A DNA stretch of 64,000 nt from Iphione sp. A-MEVVRFRX5 (taxonomy: Eukaryota). Location: positions 63,426,001-63,490,000 of the forward strand of contig OZ320315.1 in the NCBI GenBank assembly GCA_976226885.1, given 5' to 3'. Shown here one piece after another: positions 15,168 through 27,511 of the stretch. A program made the position numbers and the translations under genes. Each line of letters begins with the position of its first letter. Position 1 is the first letter of the stretch. The notes beneath the pieces were generated by a model, which ran no database searches, had not been told where the DNA came from, and saw nothing but the letters and a program-made list of their open reading frames with translations.

Positions 15168-15330
15168 TTTGAGTCCGCCCTGTTCGGCCGGATCTCTAAC
15201 GATTCGAGGATCAATCACTCAGGTAATCGACACTGGAGGGCGCTGCGATCCACCGACGACGGTAGACGATCATTAACGACCGGCCTTGGCAGCACCATGT
15301 GACGTCACTTCCGGCCGTAGATTACCGCCG
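15168..15330. promoter_or_regulatory. CpG-rich housekeeping-type promoter, possibly bidirectional
   Basis: GC box (CCGCCC, 15175-15180), YY1-like CCGCCATTTT over the ATG, and a composite TGACGTCACTTCCGG (CRE plus ETS) at about 15300-15314. Confidence 0.55.
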
Positions 15331-18300
15331 ACGCGGCAAGGAGGAAGAAACAGGGATAGTTCATTAAGTCTCCGCTGCGTCACCGGTGTCGCTGCTGTCT
15401 CCGCCACGCCTGTGACGGGCAGGGGACAGAGTTAACCTCAGAAGTGATAGATAGTGATCGCACCCTACTAAAGAACAAAAGAGCGGGCGGCAGGAGGGGT
15501 GTAAGAAAAAGGGGACACTCAGTGAGGGAATTGATTATGGTGGGAAGAAATGGCTTCAGACAGGCTGGAGGTGGCTTCAGACTGGCTGACATGATGGTGG
15601 TGGTGGTAGTGGTGGTGGTGATGGTGGTGTTAGTGGTGACCTCGCGTTTTGACACGTAATGCTTATCAGAAACTGTCGTCTTATATTGAGAAATTAGCCT
15701 GTCCATCCTTATACACCAAGGGAAAGGATTTACTTAGGGGACACTAACGGTTTATAGGAAGTTTTCTGACAGGGATCGGAGAGTGGTGGGGGGGGGGGGG
15801 AGGGGTCGGTTAACTGTTTCAGTTGGTACGTTGACGTATCGGGTCACCGATAGGTCCTGCCATAGCAATCAAGATAGTCAGGGAAATCATCCTGCATACC
15901 CTCCTTCCACGTCCCTTATCCAACCAGTCACCACCGAACTCTCACACTCCAACAACCACCCCAACCCCCTCTCAACGGATGCATTCCTAAAAGCAATTAG
16001 AAAACTTCATCTCCAATCCATGTTCAATCATGCACCATTTCCACCAAGTCCGAGATTTTTTCCCTACCTCTCTTTCATTTCGGGGTGGTTTTCTTAGCAA
16101 GGCATAATCACCATCGGGTTTGGCTGGCTGGTTTTATGTTTGCCTGACTACCGCTTGAAATGTTTCTAATGAATTAACACAGCAGGAAAATTAACAAAAC
16201 ATTTTCGGTCCATTTTATCTCATTACTGCAAGGGGAATTATTTAATATTCCGTTCTCAGCGAATGAAAGACAAGAGAACAAGAGAGGGTGATGGACTGGG
16301 TGGTGGTGTTGACTTGCCCCTTAGCAGCTCCGCGTTAATAAAGGGATTATTTTATTGGAAACGGCAGAATGACTGACAAAACGGGGGGGGGGGCTATAGC
16401 CAATCTGTCTCTAAAGTATATGAAAACTACCATAGGAAAGCATGATTCACATTGCCAGGTATCTAACGCCAAATACATCAACAATATAGCACATTGTTAT
16501 GCTCTGATGTAGGCTCTCTCCTATTGTGTCTACATGAATATACTGGGGCCGTCTCCCTTATTCACCATTCGTTAATATGCCTCTCCAAAGCAGCTACTGA
16601 TGAACATCAGTGCGACATAATGGCATTCTCGAACCATGCAAAGTAAGCGAATTACTTTCCTCGTGCATCGTCCATATAGCAATACAAAAGAAGAACATAC
16701 ATGCACGCCAGAATTGGATGACAAATAAACTGACACATTTTGTTTTTTTGTCGCCTGTTCTTTGCCCCTTGGAGTCCTCCATACCATTGCCATGCTTCCT
16801 CCTGTGTACTCTTCCTCCAGTGGATGAGAAGATCGCATGATCGATAGAGATGAGCGGTCGTTAGGGGCTCCTCCCGAGGATACACACTGACTGCTCCATG
16901 CCGTTCCTTTTTATAACGCTCTTTGAAAGGAAATAATTGTTGTCATTATTTTGGTGGCGCGATGGGCCCCCGGAAAGGGGAATCCCCTTGTGGATGGTAG
17001 CTTCTCTGCTCCTAGCATAGGCTGTGTCCTACCGAGCCCTACCGAGTCCTGCCGAGTGCCTCCGAGTCCCTGCTGTGTCTACCCGGTGATTATGCCTGTT
17101 GTACTGGGCTAGTGATACGACCATTAGGCCCTATGGGCTGCAGCTAGTGTGTGGTACATATGCTCCATGAAGACCTTTGTAAAAAGATCTTTCCTGTGTC
17201 CGTGACTTTCCTACTCCTTCCCTGAAGGGACCGTTAACACGAGGCTTTCAAGGATTTTTCTTTCATGCAGTATAGCATATCAGTTTAATCAATATGAAAT
17301 TACAGTTTGTTCCATGTGTGATTTCATTGAATATTTTATTTATTAATGTGCATGTGCATACTAAAAAGGCAGACACAGAAACCAAAGCAGCTGCATACAT
17401 ACACAGGGAGACAGAAACATATGATAAGGTGCAAGATAGGTATTGGAACGGATAAGAGTGAACAATTAAAGAGAACAGAGAACACATGGGTACGGAGTTA
17501 AGCTGGAAAGAGTGCGGAAGAAGACAGTAGAAAGGTGCAAGAGATATAGATCCAAAGCACAGATAGGACAGGGTTGGTGAGCAGCAGCATGAGGCGAGGT
17601 CCAAGTAGAGTCTAGGGGTTTAAGGGGTCATGTTCATGTCTATGTTTGTTTACAGTCTATAACAGATGTCTGTAACCAGCAACCACTAACAGACTCTCCT
17701 CCCTCTCCTATATTCACCAGGAGCTTTCTATACACATACGCAATGTTATAGGTTCGTCATGTGGGTTGGTTAAGAGATCCCTGGTTACCCGTTCACTTAG
17801 ACAGGGTCCCTATGTTTACTAGATTTTCGAAACTTCTCGCATACTTACCTACGTACATACCGCATTTAGGCCTATAAGAATAGGGACATTATCCCGCAGG
17901 CCTGGTGCCGACAATGTTGCATTCACAACAGCCCCGTGATGCAGAATGACATCGGTTTCCAATAATAGTAGTGCGCATTAATGGCGATGATGCTTGCTCT
18001 CCTGCTAAATAAACAAGAACTGATACTGTTACCAAATGATTTATTCACACAACACATTCCACACTAGGCACGGAGGTGGGGTTGGGGGCGCGTTGCCACC
18101 AAGTAGTCCACGCGCATGTTGGCCCGACTGGTATCCTCGGCAGAACGTCGGGGTGTGGATCATGTTGTTGCCCTAAGGTTCGCAGTATCGATGTGGATGC
18201 ACTTTGGACTGGCTTTTCAGAGGAGGCCTCCTTTAGGTGGGCATGTATTTTTCCATATGATAATACATGTATACCGCTGATTTTAAATTCGCTTGAGTTT

Positions 18301-19682
18301 AGATAACGCCTCTCTCCTACAACAAGGCCCTTTATTATCCGAACACCCTGTTCGATATATCCAGCGGAAATCCACCTTTTGGGACACGTCCCAAATAAAA
18401 ATATGTCTTTAATAGAGACACTTTAGGAAAGAACACATCATGTCCACTATATATTAAAAACCCGCTAATAGGGAAACATCCCAATTAGGGACATTTGGGA
18501 AATAAGAAGAAATGTTATAATAAAATTGACTTTCAATTACCGATAGAAATTCGTTGATCCAGTGATGGAATGTAATTGACAGACTGATGGATGAGTCATG
18601 GAGAATGGATGATGGATAGACGCTCGGGAAATGTTTTAGGCTTTATGAAGATATATCTTGTGGAATAAACGTAAGGACCGGCGCATTCGTGCAGCATAGA
18701 AAGTGAAAATGTAACGCCAGATAGACAACGCTCCCCTTTAAAAAAGAGAGTAAAGCTTCTACTACAGGTCAAGTAAACATTTCGAGGATGGGGTATTAGC
18801 TTAAATTACACCAGTGTCACTTGAAAACCACATTTAGTTAATGGTGAGCACCCCCCCCCCCCACCGACAAAAACCCAACACCCTATCCACCTAAATATGC
18901 AAAGGTCAAACCTGCGCACGCCGTTCTCTGGTATTTCCGGTCGGGAGCTGGCCTATCCGGTGGTGCGGCAGTTTGTCAGTGGATTGGTGCGTTCGGCAGG
19001 GGTTGTCGCGGAAGGGTATGTGCCTGGACGGCTTCCTGTTGGTCCTTTGCCCTTGTCATGCCGTATTACCCCTTTGGGTCCGCTGTAGCCGCCGATTTCT
19101 CACTGGCGACGAGCGGAGAGCAACGCCCGGCCATGGGAGAGACTCCTGTCCTCGGCCCCTGATTCATGGGGGGATCGGACCAAGAGGGACTCAGAGATTT
19201 AGCATCCGTTAGGACAGGGAACTAATTGGCGGACGTAAGTGGGCTTACGGAGTGACTATTTACACAGGGCACTCTACCTTTTAAAATGCAATAACGTATC
19301 TTGGAGTAGTACAGTCACATGGCACCTGAATAAAGGTTGAATAGGGAAGGAGTTACATGGTTACCAAAAGAAGGTGGGGGAATGGCATGGGTGGGAATGG
19401 CGAGGAGACACAAGAAGAGTTACTTGAACGGAGGACTGACCAGAGGAAGAGACAGAAAGAGCAGTGGGCGGATGGAGGCAGAATAAAATGTGAATGAAAA
19501 GATATCTACAAGAGACGCTCATAGATTAAGGGAGTAGGGAATATGAATGAAAAAGAGCTAAAAGCAGAGGTTAGTTGATGGAAGGAGAGCTATAAGGAGA
19601 GGTGTATACATTGAAGGAGCAAGCAGTGTGAAAGGATGGGGAATAAAGAAGGAAAGTAAGATAGTAAAGGTACCGAGAGTAA

Positions 19683-20298
19683 GGCCGGCATTCCATATAC
19701 ATGGAAAACGTCTCCAGAGCACGGAGACCGTCCGGAAATTTAGCCAGTTTTCCCTTATCTCCGCACAGGTGCTTTCCATGTGTGCTTGCATGTGTGCGTG
19801 CGTGTGTACGTGCATGCATGCATGTATGTATGTGTTTCACTTCACTTCACTTCAAAGACAGAGAGAGAAATTGTGCGTTTTTTCATGGAGTTTGAAGCAG
19901 ATCAGTGGAAATTGTGCAGTTTTTCATGGAGTTTGAAGCAGATCGGTGGAAATTGTGTGGTTTTTCATGGAGTTTGAAGCAGATCAGTGGAAATTGTGCA
20001 GTTTTTATCCAAATGATATGCAAATTACAAAATAATGCACAACATCTGTCATGTGACAGACAGTGTCTGTCCTGCTCCAAACCTCCATGTCTCTATTCTA
20101 CTGGCCTCTGTGGGCCTCCGGAGTCCGTGCTACGGAGAAATTTATGGCCCGGGTCCGTTTTCGGCCCACGAACCCAGGCCACGGACCCACAGACCCGTAC
20201 ACATGGGTGACCCTCTGTTAAAACCAGTGAGTTGTTTTTTTTCCGCATTTCTGTGTACCTACTCCGGACACGTTTTCCGTATGCATGGAAAGCCGGCC
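19683..20298. mobile_element. Non-autonomous PIF/Harbinger-type MITE, 616 bp
   Basis: 39-bp imperfect TIRs (GGCCGGCATTCCAT... and ...ATGGAAAGCCGGCC, 31/39 matching) flanked by TAA on both sides (19680-19682 and 20299-20301). A 3-bp TAA/TTA target duplication is typical of PIF/Harbinger. Confidence 0.75.
19868..20006. repeat. 41-bp tandem repeat, about 3.4 copies, inside the MITE
   Basis: Unit AAATTGTGCAGTTTTTCATGGAGTTTGAAGCAGATCAGTGG starts at 19868, 19909, 19950 and 19991. Confidence 0.95.
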
Positions 20299-23200
20299 TA
20301 AATGAAGTAAAAGACAGATAGGGGAGAGATTGGGAAAAAGAATGTATTGGAAAACGTGACAAATGCATAAAACTGAATGGAAGGAATAGTAGGAGAGGCG
20401 GATAGAAGGCGGGAGTGGTTGGATAGAAGGACGGAGAGGGTGGAAAGAGCGAGTGGTGAATGGAACAAATAGAAACGTAGGGTGTACAGGATTAGAGGAA
20501 CCTGAAAACAGCGGCATGGGAGACAGGGAGAGGGATAATCGACTTGTTAAGGATAAGCATATATGAGCTACATTACAACATTCCTTTAGCAAAGCCTAAC
20601 TCCCATCTCCCGCAGTTACTCTCATAGAAATGGCAATATCCATGTGATATATCTGTGTTTAAAATGATACAGATACATTCTTTGTAATAGAGCCTTCAAT
20701 CCCTGAGACGACACTGTTGGAAATATCTCTTTCTTCCAAATCTTCCTCAGTCGTCTCCCTCAAGGCAAGGAAATAAGAAACTTTCGGCGGGAGCTCTCCA
20801 AAAAGGTAATCGATGGGAGCGAGGCTCTATAGAGGTCAGGCCGATCGACCCCGGGCTTGCCTACGCTGTTAGCCTTGTTATATAGGAAGGGCAATGAACG
20901 GGCTGCTGATAGTACGCTATGATGCAATTAGGCCCCGAGAGATGGCGCTTCGGCGGAGGTGGAGCTTGGAGTGATTGTGGGGAGGGACGATTGGCGGGGG
21001 TTGTGCTAGGGGCAGCAGGTTCGGCCGTCGGGACAGGTGGTTTTTCTTCGTAATGAGGCAGAGGACAGATGGGGATAGATACACACCATGGCTATCTCAC
21101 CGTGTCGCAGCTACAGTAGCTTCCCTGCTCCTACAAATACACACCCAAACACAGACACTCAAATGCGTACATGACATTTGTGAGCAGACGCTCACAGACT
21201 AACAAGGCATGTGCATACAAAGCTGATGAAAGCGAGAATGTGATAATGTTGCTGATATGATTTAGTGAGCCCATATTTACAGATCGATACGTTAAAACAT
21301 GTATGTTACAAATACGTAGCGGTCTGAATATATTACTCGCTGAAGGAGTATTGTATTACCAGATTCAGAAAGAGATAGTAGGTAGATACAGGAGATGCAG
21401 ACAATACTTTATTAGGAGAAATATTGTCAAGACAATATATGCAGCCACTCGTAAACCACTATTAACCGAAGGGCACTAAAAAGACACAAGCAATCTCTCT
21501 CTCTCATTTGTTCTTACAATATCGTCCATTTCTCTGTACTTCCACTCTGGGTATTATTGCTATATATGCCATTTTTCTCATTTCCCTACTTTTTGCACAT
21601 AACACTCAGTATCCATTCCTGAACCCTTGCTACCGTCTTTCCTGTCTTTCTGATAGACTGCAAACTTCGCGCTCTTTCTTCCAATTTCTTGTGATTTCCT
21701 AAATCGATTCTTACCTGTCCTCACATTCCCTATCTCTTCTCCCGCTGTCTGTCTTCTTTTGGCTTTGTCCAACAATTTTTCCAACCATACATCTTCCGTT
21801 ATCATATCGATTAACTTTCCTGCCACTTTTACACTGTATTGGGCTGATACACTGTCAACTTGGCTCTATTTACGTTTCTCCCCTGTCATCCTTGCCTCTC
21901 CATTCTCTTCAGCGATGCATCCTTCCATGCCATTCCTTTACCTCTCGTCTCCTTCGTTAATGTCTTAATTTTTTTCGCCTGACCTTGTTTTACCTCACTC
22001 TCTCTCTCATGTCTCGGATTTCCCACTTGGCATTTCTCAGCCTCTAACGCCTTCTCTGTCGAGCATCGGCTGATTTAATAGGTCGGCTCTTCGGACCAAT
22101 CAAAACCAAAAAATAGGATGCCAATATGAGGTGTCAATATAACCTCGTGGATATTGCAAGCCTTGGCCCGGCCACCTCGCATCAGTCACAATAACTTAGC
22201 AACTTCATCAAATGAACCCAATACAAACGCACCGGGGGGGTTTAATATCCCAATCAGAAGAAAAAGACCCCCCCCCTTGAAGTTTCCTTCTGTGACTCTT
22301 AAGCGCCATAAGGCAAGTGCTTAGAATGGGATAAGACATGGGCATTAAGGGATTTTCTAGTTTTTCTCTTTCGGTAGAACTCGTATAGCACCTGATGTTT
22401 GAGGCCCCTGAGGCAGCAGGAAACAGAGCTTTGAATCGTTATGAATCGTCAGGGTTATTAGAAACATTCGTCCGTGCCCCAACTCAACTTTCCCTCCCGT
22501 TCTCCCCGAAGCTTATGAGTTCCTCGATAATGACTCCTTCTTCATTCATCATTTAGCCGTGTCTTCATAAAAGACCAGACCCACAACGCCACCTGGTGCA
22601 TGATAACGAGCAATCACCACCCACCCACCCTGCCAGGAAACACCAGCCCTCCCAGCCGCCCTTCTGTCACCCACCCACTTACCGTGGCTCCTCCCTCCTC
22701 CCTCCCAGGGCCGTACATCAAGACCGGATGCAGTGGCGGAATAACCTCCGAATCTTTTCGCTGTCTTCAAAGGTCGATGCTCTTTTCTGAAGATGCGGTG
22801 TCTGGCCCATAATGAGCCACTATCATTACGAGTGCGTTCTTCTGAGACCATATTCTGTATTTCAGGACACTGCTCTGATGATAAGCATTGGGAATGTGAA
22901 CAGCACACACACATATACATTGTAGATGTCTATATATCTGTAAATATATATTTGTTTGTGTGTGTGTGAGCAATGTCTGTGTTCATCTGTGTATGTACGT
23001 GTCCGAGAAAAAGTGTGATGGGTAGAAAGAAGTTTTTCATATCAATATAGCTATTTCGAGTGATGAGTTAACATACATTCAGCGTACTTCTTGTCCCTCA
23101 AAAATACAGGGACTCTGATATTATGATATCTACTTACAGTATAAAACTACACCCCAAATTCACTTCTATTGAAAAGCATTTCCTCCTGGTATTTCAAACT

Positions 23201-23360
23201 GAACCCTATTTTAAAGCAGAATTTCTGTAATCGACCGTAATTTCGGTTCACTAGTTTTTAGCTGACAACCCAAAAGACTGTTGCGCTACTAGTGTCAGCC
23301 ACCAGCAAACGAATCGTTGACTACAAACAAATAATTTTTCTGTGTATTTATGTCTTGCAG

Positions 23361-23438
23361 GACTCCACCGTTGGCATACCGGTGACTTTGAAGGTCGACC
23401 CTAAAGGTTACATCCTGTACTGGCGCGATCAGCATAAG
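23361..23438 (+). CDS. PLCB: Phospholipase C-beta family, N-terminal PH-domain internal exon (DSTVGIPVTLKVDPKGYILYWRDQHK)
   Basis: A 78-nt phase-0/0 exon between tgtcttgcAG and AAG|GTGAGT. The peptide matches the PLC-beta segment recalled as [26 protein letters not shown] (PLCB1) and VILRVDPKGYYLYW (PLCB2). The paralogue cannot be assigned and no other exons were confidently found. Confidence 0.8.
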
Positions 23439-26400
23439 GTGAGTTCAAACATCCTTATTATTGCTCACATCAGATTCTTTCTATTTATTACGACTGTTTA
23501 CAGCGTCCCTCTGATTTGTCCCTTCGCATTCGCCGCAAATTGTGTTTCCAGGCTGATCCTGTTTTGACAACTGAAGTATTCTTGCTCAACCCTCTAAATA
23601 ATCCTGATAATTGTTTTATTCATGTTACCCTTCATTCGTATTAATTTTAGTATGGTTAAGGCCGATGACTTTCACGTAACTTTCGAATGTTGTCCGAATA
23701 TATTGCTTGGTTTTCTGTGGGGTTATGCCGAGTTCTGTCAGTTAATCGCTCTGTTTCTATGTAGGTCTTTCTATCATTCTCCCGGCCCCATTCAGTTTCT
23801 ATCTATATCCCTCCCATTGTTAAATGTTCTCCTTTAGCCTCTTTCGGATCCTGTTTTTTTCCAACCATGCTTTTAGGATGCCCATTCTTGACCCCTCCCC
23901 CTACCAGATGTGGTCCCTAGCCTTACCAACCTCTGTCAATAGTTCTTCTTGGCTTGTTGAAAGAAGAGCCTTGACGAATACGCCAGGTCTCCTGGTGACA
24001 TTTGAAAATGGACTTTAATTTGCAGAGCGGTGGCCTTTCCCGAGGTCTCTTCCCATAACTCACTCATTTACCTTTCATTTTTAGGTTTCGTCGCAGGCAT
24101 TCTGACAGCCACCGAGACTTATTTGCAGCATGATCTATGCTGCGAACACTCCCATGGGCGAAACCCTCGGTCATTCCTACTCTCATTGCATGCCATCCAT
24201 GTATCAAACGTGTACAATTTCAAGATCTGATTTATTTACCTGACAGATTGTCTTGCTTTTGCTACAGGATCGGAATCTGATATCCGGCATTGCTTTTCCC
24301 TATCCGGGAATGAGAACTCCTCATAGATTTTCCCGAAACATCAGACAATATGAATTAGATTTTCTCTAATATTCCTTCTAATTTTCGAATGCCCATTCTT
24401 GCTACCTGATATCCAAGAGCATCAGCACTTAAAACAGCTACTCAAGCAAATCGACGCGAAAATAGTTCTTGATCGTTACCGGGTTCATCTGTTGAGACAG
24501 ATGAACTGTATCCATTTGTGCCCAGGGTTGTGCACATAATTGGTGTTATGTTGTGCATACTGCTAACGTTTGGCGATGTTCATTGTACTGTGAAGGCCTA
24601 GCGAAGCCCAGCACGGGCGAGCGCCTGTCATTTGCTCGGTGCGCACGACTGGGTTGCTCCAGAAGTGCTCATTCGACTGTCAGGGCGAGCTGAAAGGGAG
24701 AACAACTAGATATTTGGGGGCCTTGCCAGCGTGGTTATGGTGGGAGGGTTAGGTGGCCGGGCAGGCAGGTAGGTAGCTGGGGGTTTGGTTATCATGGCTG
24801 GAATTGTGCTGGTGATTGTGGCATTTGATGCCGTGATGACATTTCTGATAGAGAGCATGGAGGATCGATGCAGACCTGTATTGTCAGAGATAACGGCCCT
24901 GGTGCACCACCATGGCAAGTCGAACGTAATGCATGTAATCTCTGCCTATGGGCCTCATTGTCTGTGTTCATATGTGCATAATTGGGTGGATATATATGGG
25001 AGCTTTATTCAGGCCATGCAGAGCTTCAGAGTAATGAATACTTAGTATCTGGGTATAGGGTGACTACATGCATATTCTATGCATCTCCATTTGTATCTAT
25101 GAGTGCCGGGGAGGGATAACGATCATATAACCAAACAGAGAAGTACGCCCCCGTCGCTTTTCGGTTCTATGTATGGCTATATGCATGTGATATATGTGTG
25201 AACGTTTATGTGACTGCAGTGGCTATGTATATGCATTTATCATCTGTGTATCCGTAATAGATATCTGCATATCTGTATGTAGTATGAATGCCTGTATATA
25301 TGTAAACTGTGCATGTGATAGAGATGGCTAAGTATGTATATGTGTAAGATGTGAATATGAATGTGATAAGATTATATGTGTATGTGCACGTATAAACTGT
25401 GTAAACATGCGTCTGTGATAAGGAGCGCTGCGACTGGGTCCACATCAGCGATCTTCAGTGTGTATGTTGGACGGGCTGTAAAGGCGACCATCACTGAGAC
25501 GACCGTCCCCGGCTCACAGTCCCCTCTGTGATAGTTTACCTTGAAAACAACAGTCTGCCTACTACCACCAGCAGTACTCCCAATTGCTGCTGTCTTCAAT
25601 GTCCCTTTTTATACTAGGGAATACTCAGGGGGTGGCAATTCAGTCGCTCGCTAGACTTCTGTCATTGCTTTTGGCGCTTTCTCTTGTGAGAATAGAGTGT
25701 TGGGTTGACTGTCTGGTAGACTTGTGGCTGCCCTCTAGGTAGGAATTGGTTAAATTGCAAGGCTTGCACCTCTGTTATTGACATTAGACTAGCTATATAC
25801 TGCTGGTCTGTGGTAGACTAGCTGTCTGGAACTAATATAATAGAAAGTTTATGTCCTGAGTTTTCTTAGTTTCAAATGTAGCATTCGACTCCAAAAAATC
25901 ATTCTTATGTTTTCTAGCTTATTCTCTTTCATTGGTAGTTAGGAACCTGACAGAGTAATTGGCCTGCTGGTTGCTACTGTTTCAGTCAATCATTACCTCC
26001 TCTGAATTTATTAGACAACCAAGCTACTATGTTTGTCAATTACCTTTAAACACTCCAAAGTATGATAGCAGATTTCCTTATTGATGTTGTTGCGGTCTGG
26101 CAGCAGGTTGGTAGGTAACTGTTTTTGCTTTCTCCTTCTTCCCAGATGACCTCCTCGTAAGCTGGTATGTAGTCCGATAACGCACTGCCTTTGCCAAAGC
26201 GCAGCCTTTCCTCTCTTTTCTGTAGCCGATCGGTGGCAGAGATCGGTCCAGTGGCAGCCATCCAGACCTGTGGGATGCTACCTTTACCACAGGTTACTCT
26301 TTCTTTGAGGACAGACTGATAGCCGGGTTCTCACTGGGCTTGCTCTTGAAGAGAAAAGATGGCAGCTGCCAGGGATGTTTGTGTGTGCGTGTGTGTGTGT

Positions 26401-27229
26401 GTGGGGGAACTCCCGGGCGTGCGCCAAAGGGGAATGTACCAGGCTTCAGTGATCTGTGAGGATAGGAGGGTTGGGAGAGATTTAGGGCGCGTAAACTTAA
26501 AGGGCTAGTGCAGGTGACTGCTACTCGAGAGACAGAGGGGAGGAGGAGGTAGAGGAGGAGGAGAAGGAGGAGGAGGAGGATGGTGGGTGGTTGGGTTTGG
26601 CAACGATTGGACTGGCCCAAGGTTGACTGCGGCAATATTATTTTATCATAAAGCACCATTGGAACCTTGGCGACAGCGATCAAACGTAAGGCGCCGGCGG
26701 GTAAGGTGGGGAGGCTGGGGGTTCCCTGGCCTTATCCAATCAGGGGTTGAAACGCCTTATAACCCCATAAAGCTTGCCGTCATCAAAGTTGACTGTGATT
26801 GCAGTTGACACGGCATCCAGAAATCTATAGTGCGCTGGCTGGCCCTGCCTCTGCCGCTCCTGATCAATCGTCTAGAGGCTGCCGTAAAACGTCCGGTAGG
26901 GGTCGCCTGTAGTGGCAGCGCCCTCTGTTGGGTGCTGAGAAGGGTCTTCCTGCTGTCTGTGTTGCCTTCCTGTCAGTGACACTACTGATTGAAGTGGCCT
27001 GTCAGGGATGGCATCCGGCGTACACTACTGGCGTCGTGTGATAATGTAATTGTCACCAGTAACTCAGAGCTGAGCCATGAATCAGCGATCCGTCAAGACA
27101 CCACAGTACCTCACGCAAAAACTATTCTTATAGCAAATAGGCCTCCCTTTCGCAAGAAAACGTTCAAAAATTTGCAAATTTTCAGATACTTAGTGTAAAG
27201 AAGTCGTGTCCTGACTGCATAGGTATTAC

Positions 27230-27511
27230 TTGAGTTTGAGTTTGAGTTTGAACAAAGTTTATTGAGTTTCGATTCATCTCATACAGGATGTTTATCAATC
27301 GCACCTCACAGAGGTTAGTTTACTTACCTGATATGACTTCGAAGAAGTCATGACACCAGTAAAACATGTTCCGGTAGTACCGTTGATACTGTAAAGATGA
27401 AAATAGGTAAGCCTGCTGTCCTATCAGTCTGCCTTTCAAGGACACAGGTCGCGCAATGTCATAGAGTTTCTGAAGTGCGGTGTCATAACGGGGAAGTATT
27501 TTTATATGCAT
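27230..27511 (-). mobile_element. Decayed 3' end of a CR1/L2-type LINE
   Basis: The minus strand ends in AATAAA followed by a (CTCAAA)n short-repeat tail. The upstream frame (RYDTALQKL...QRYYRNMF) loosely resembles the C-terminus of CR1/L2 ORF2. Confidence 0.45.
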
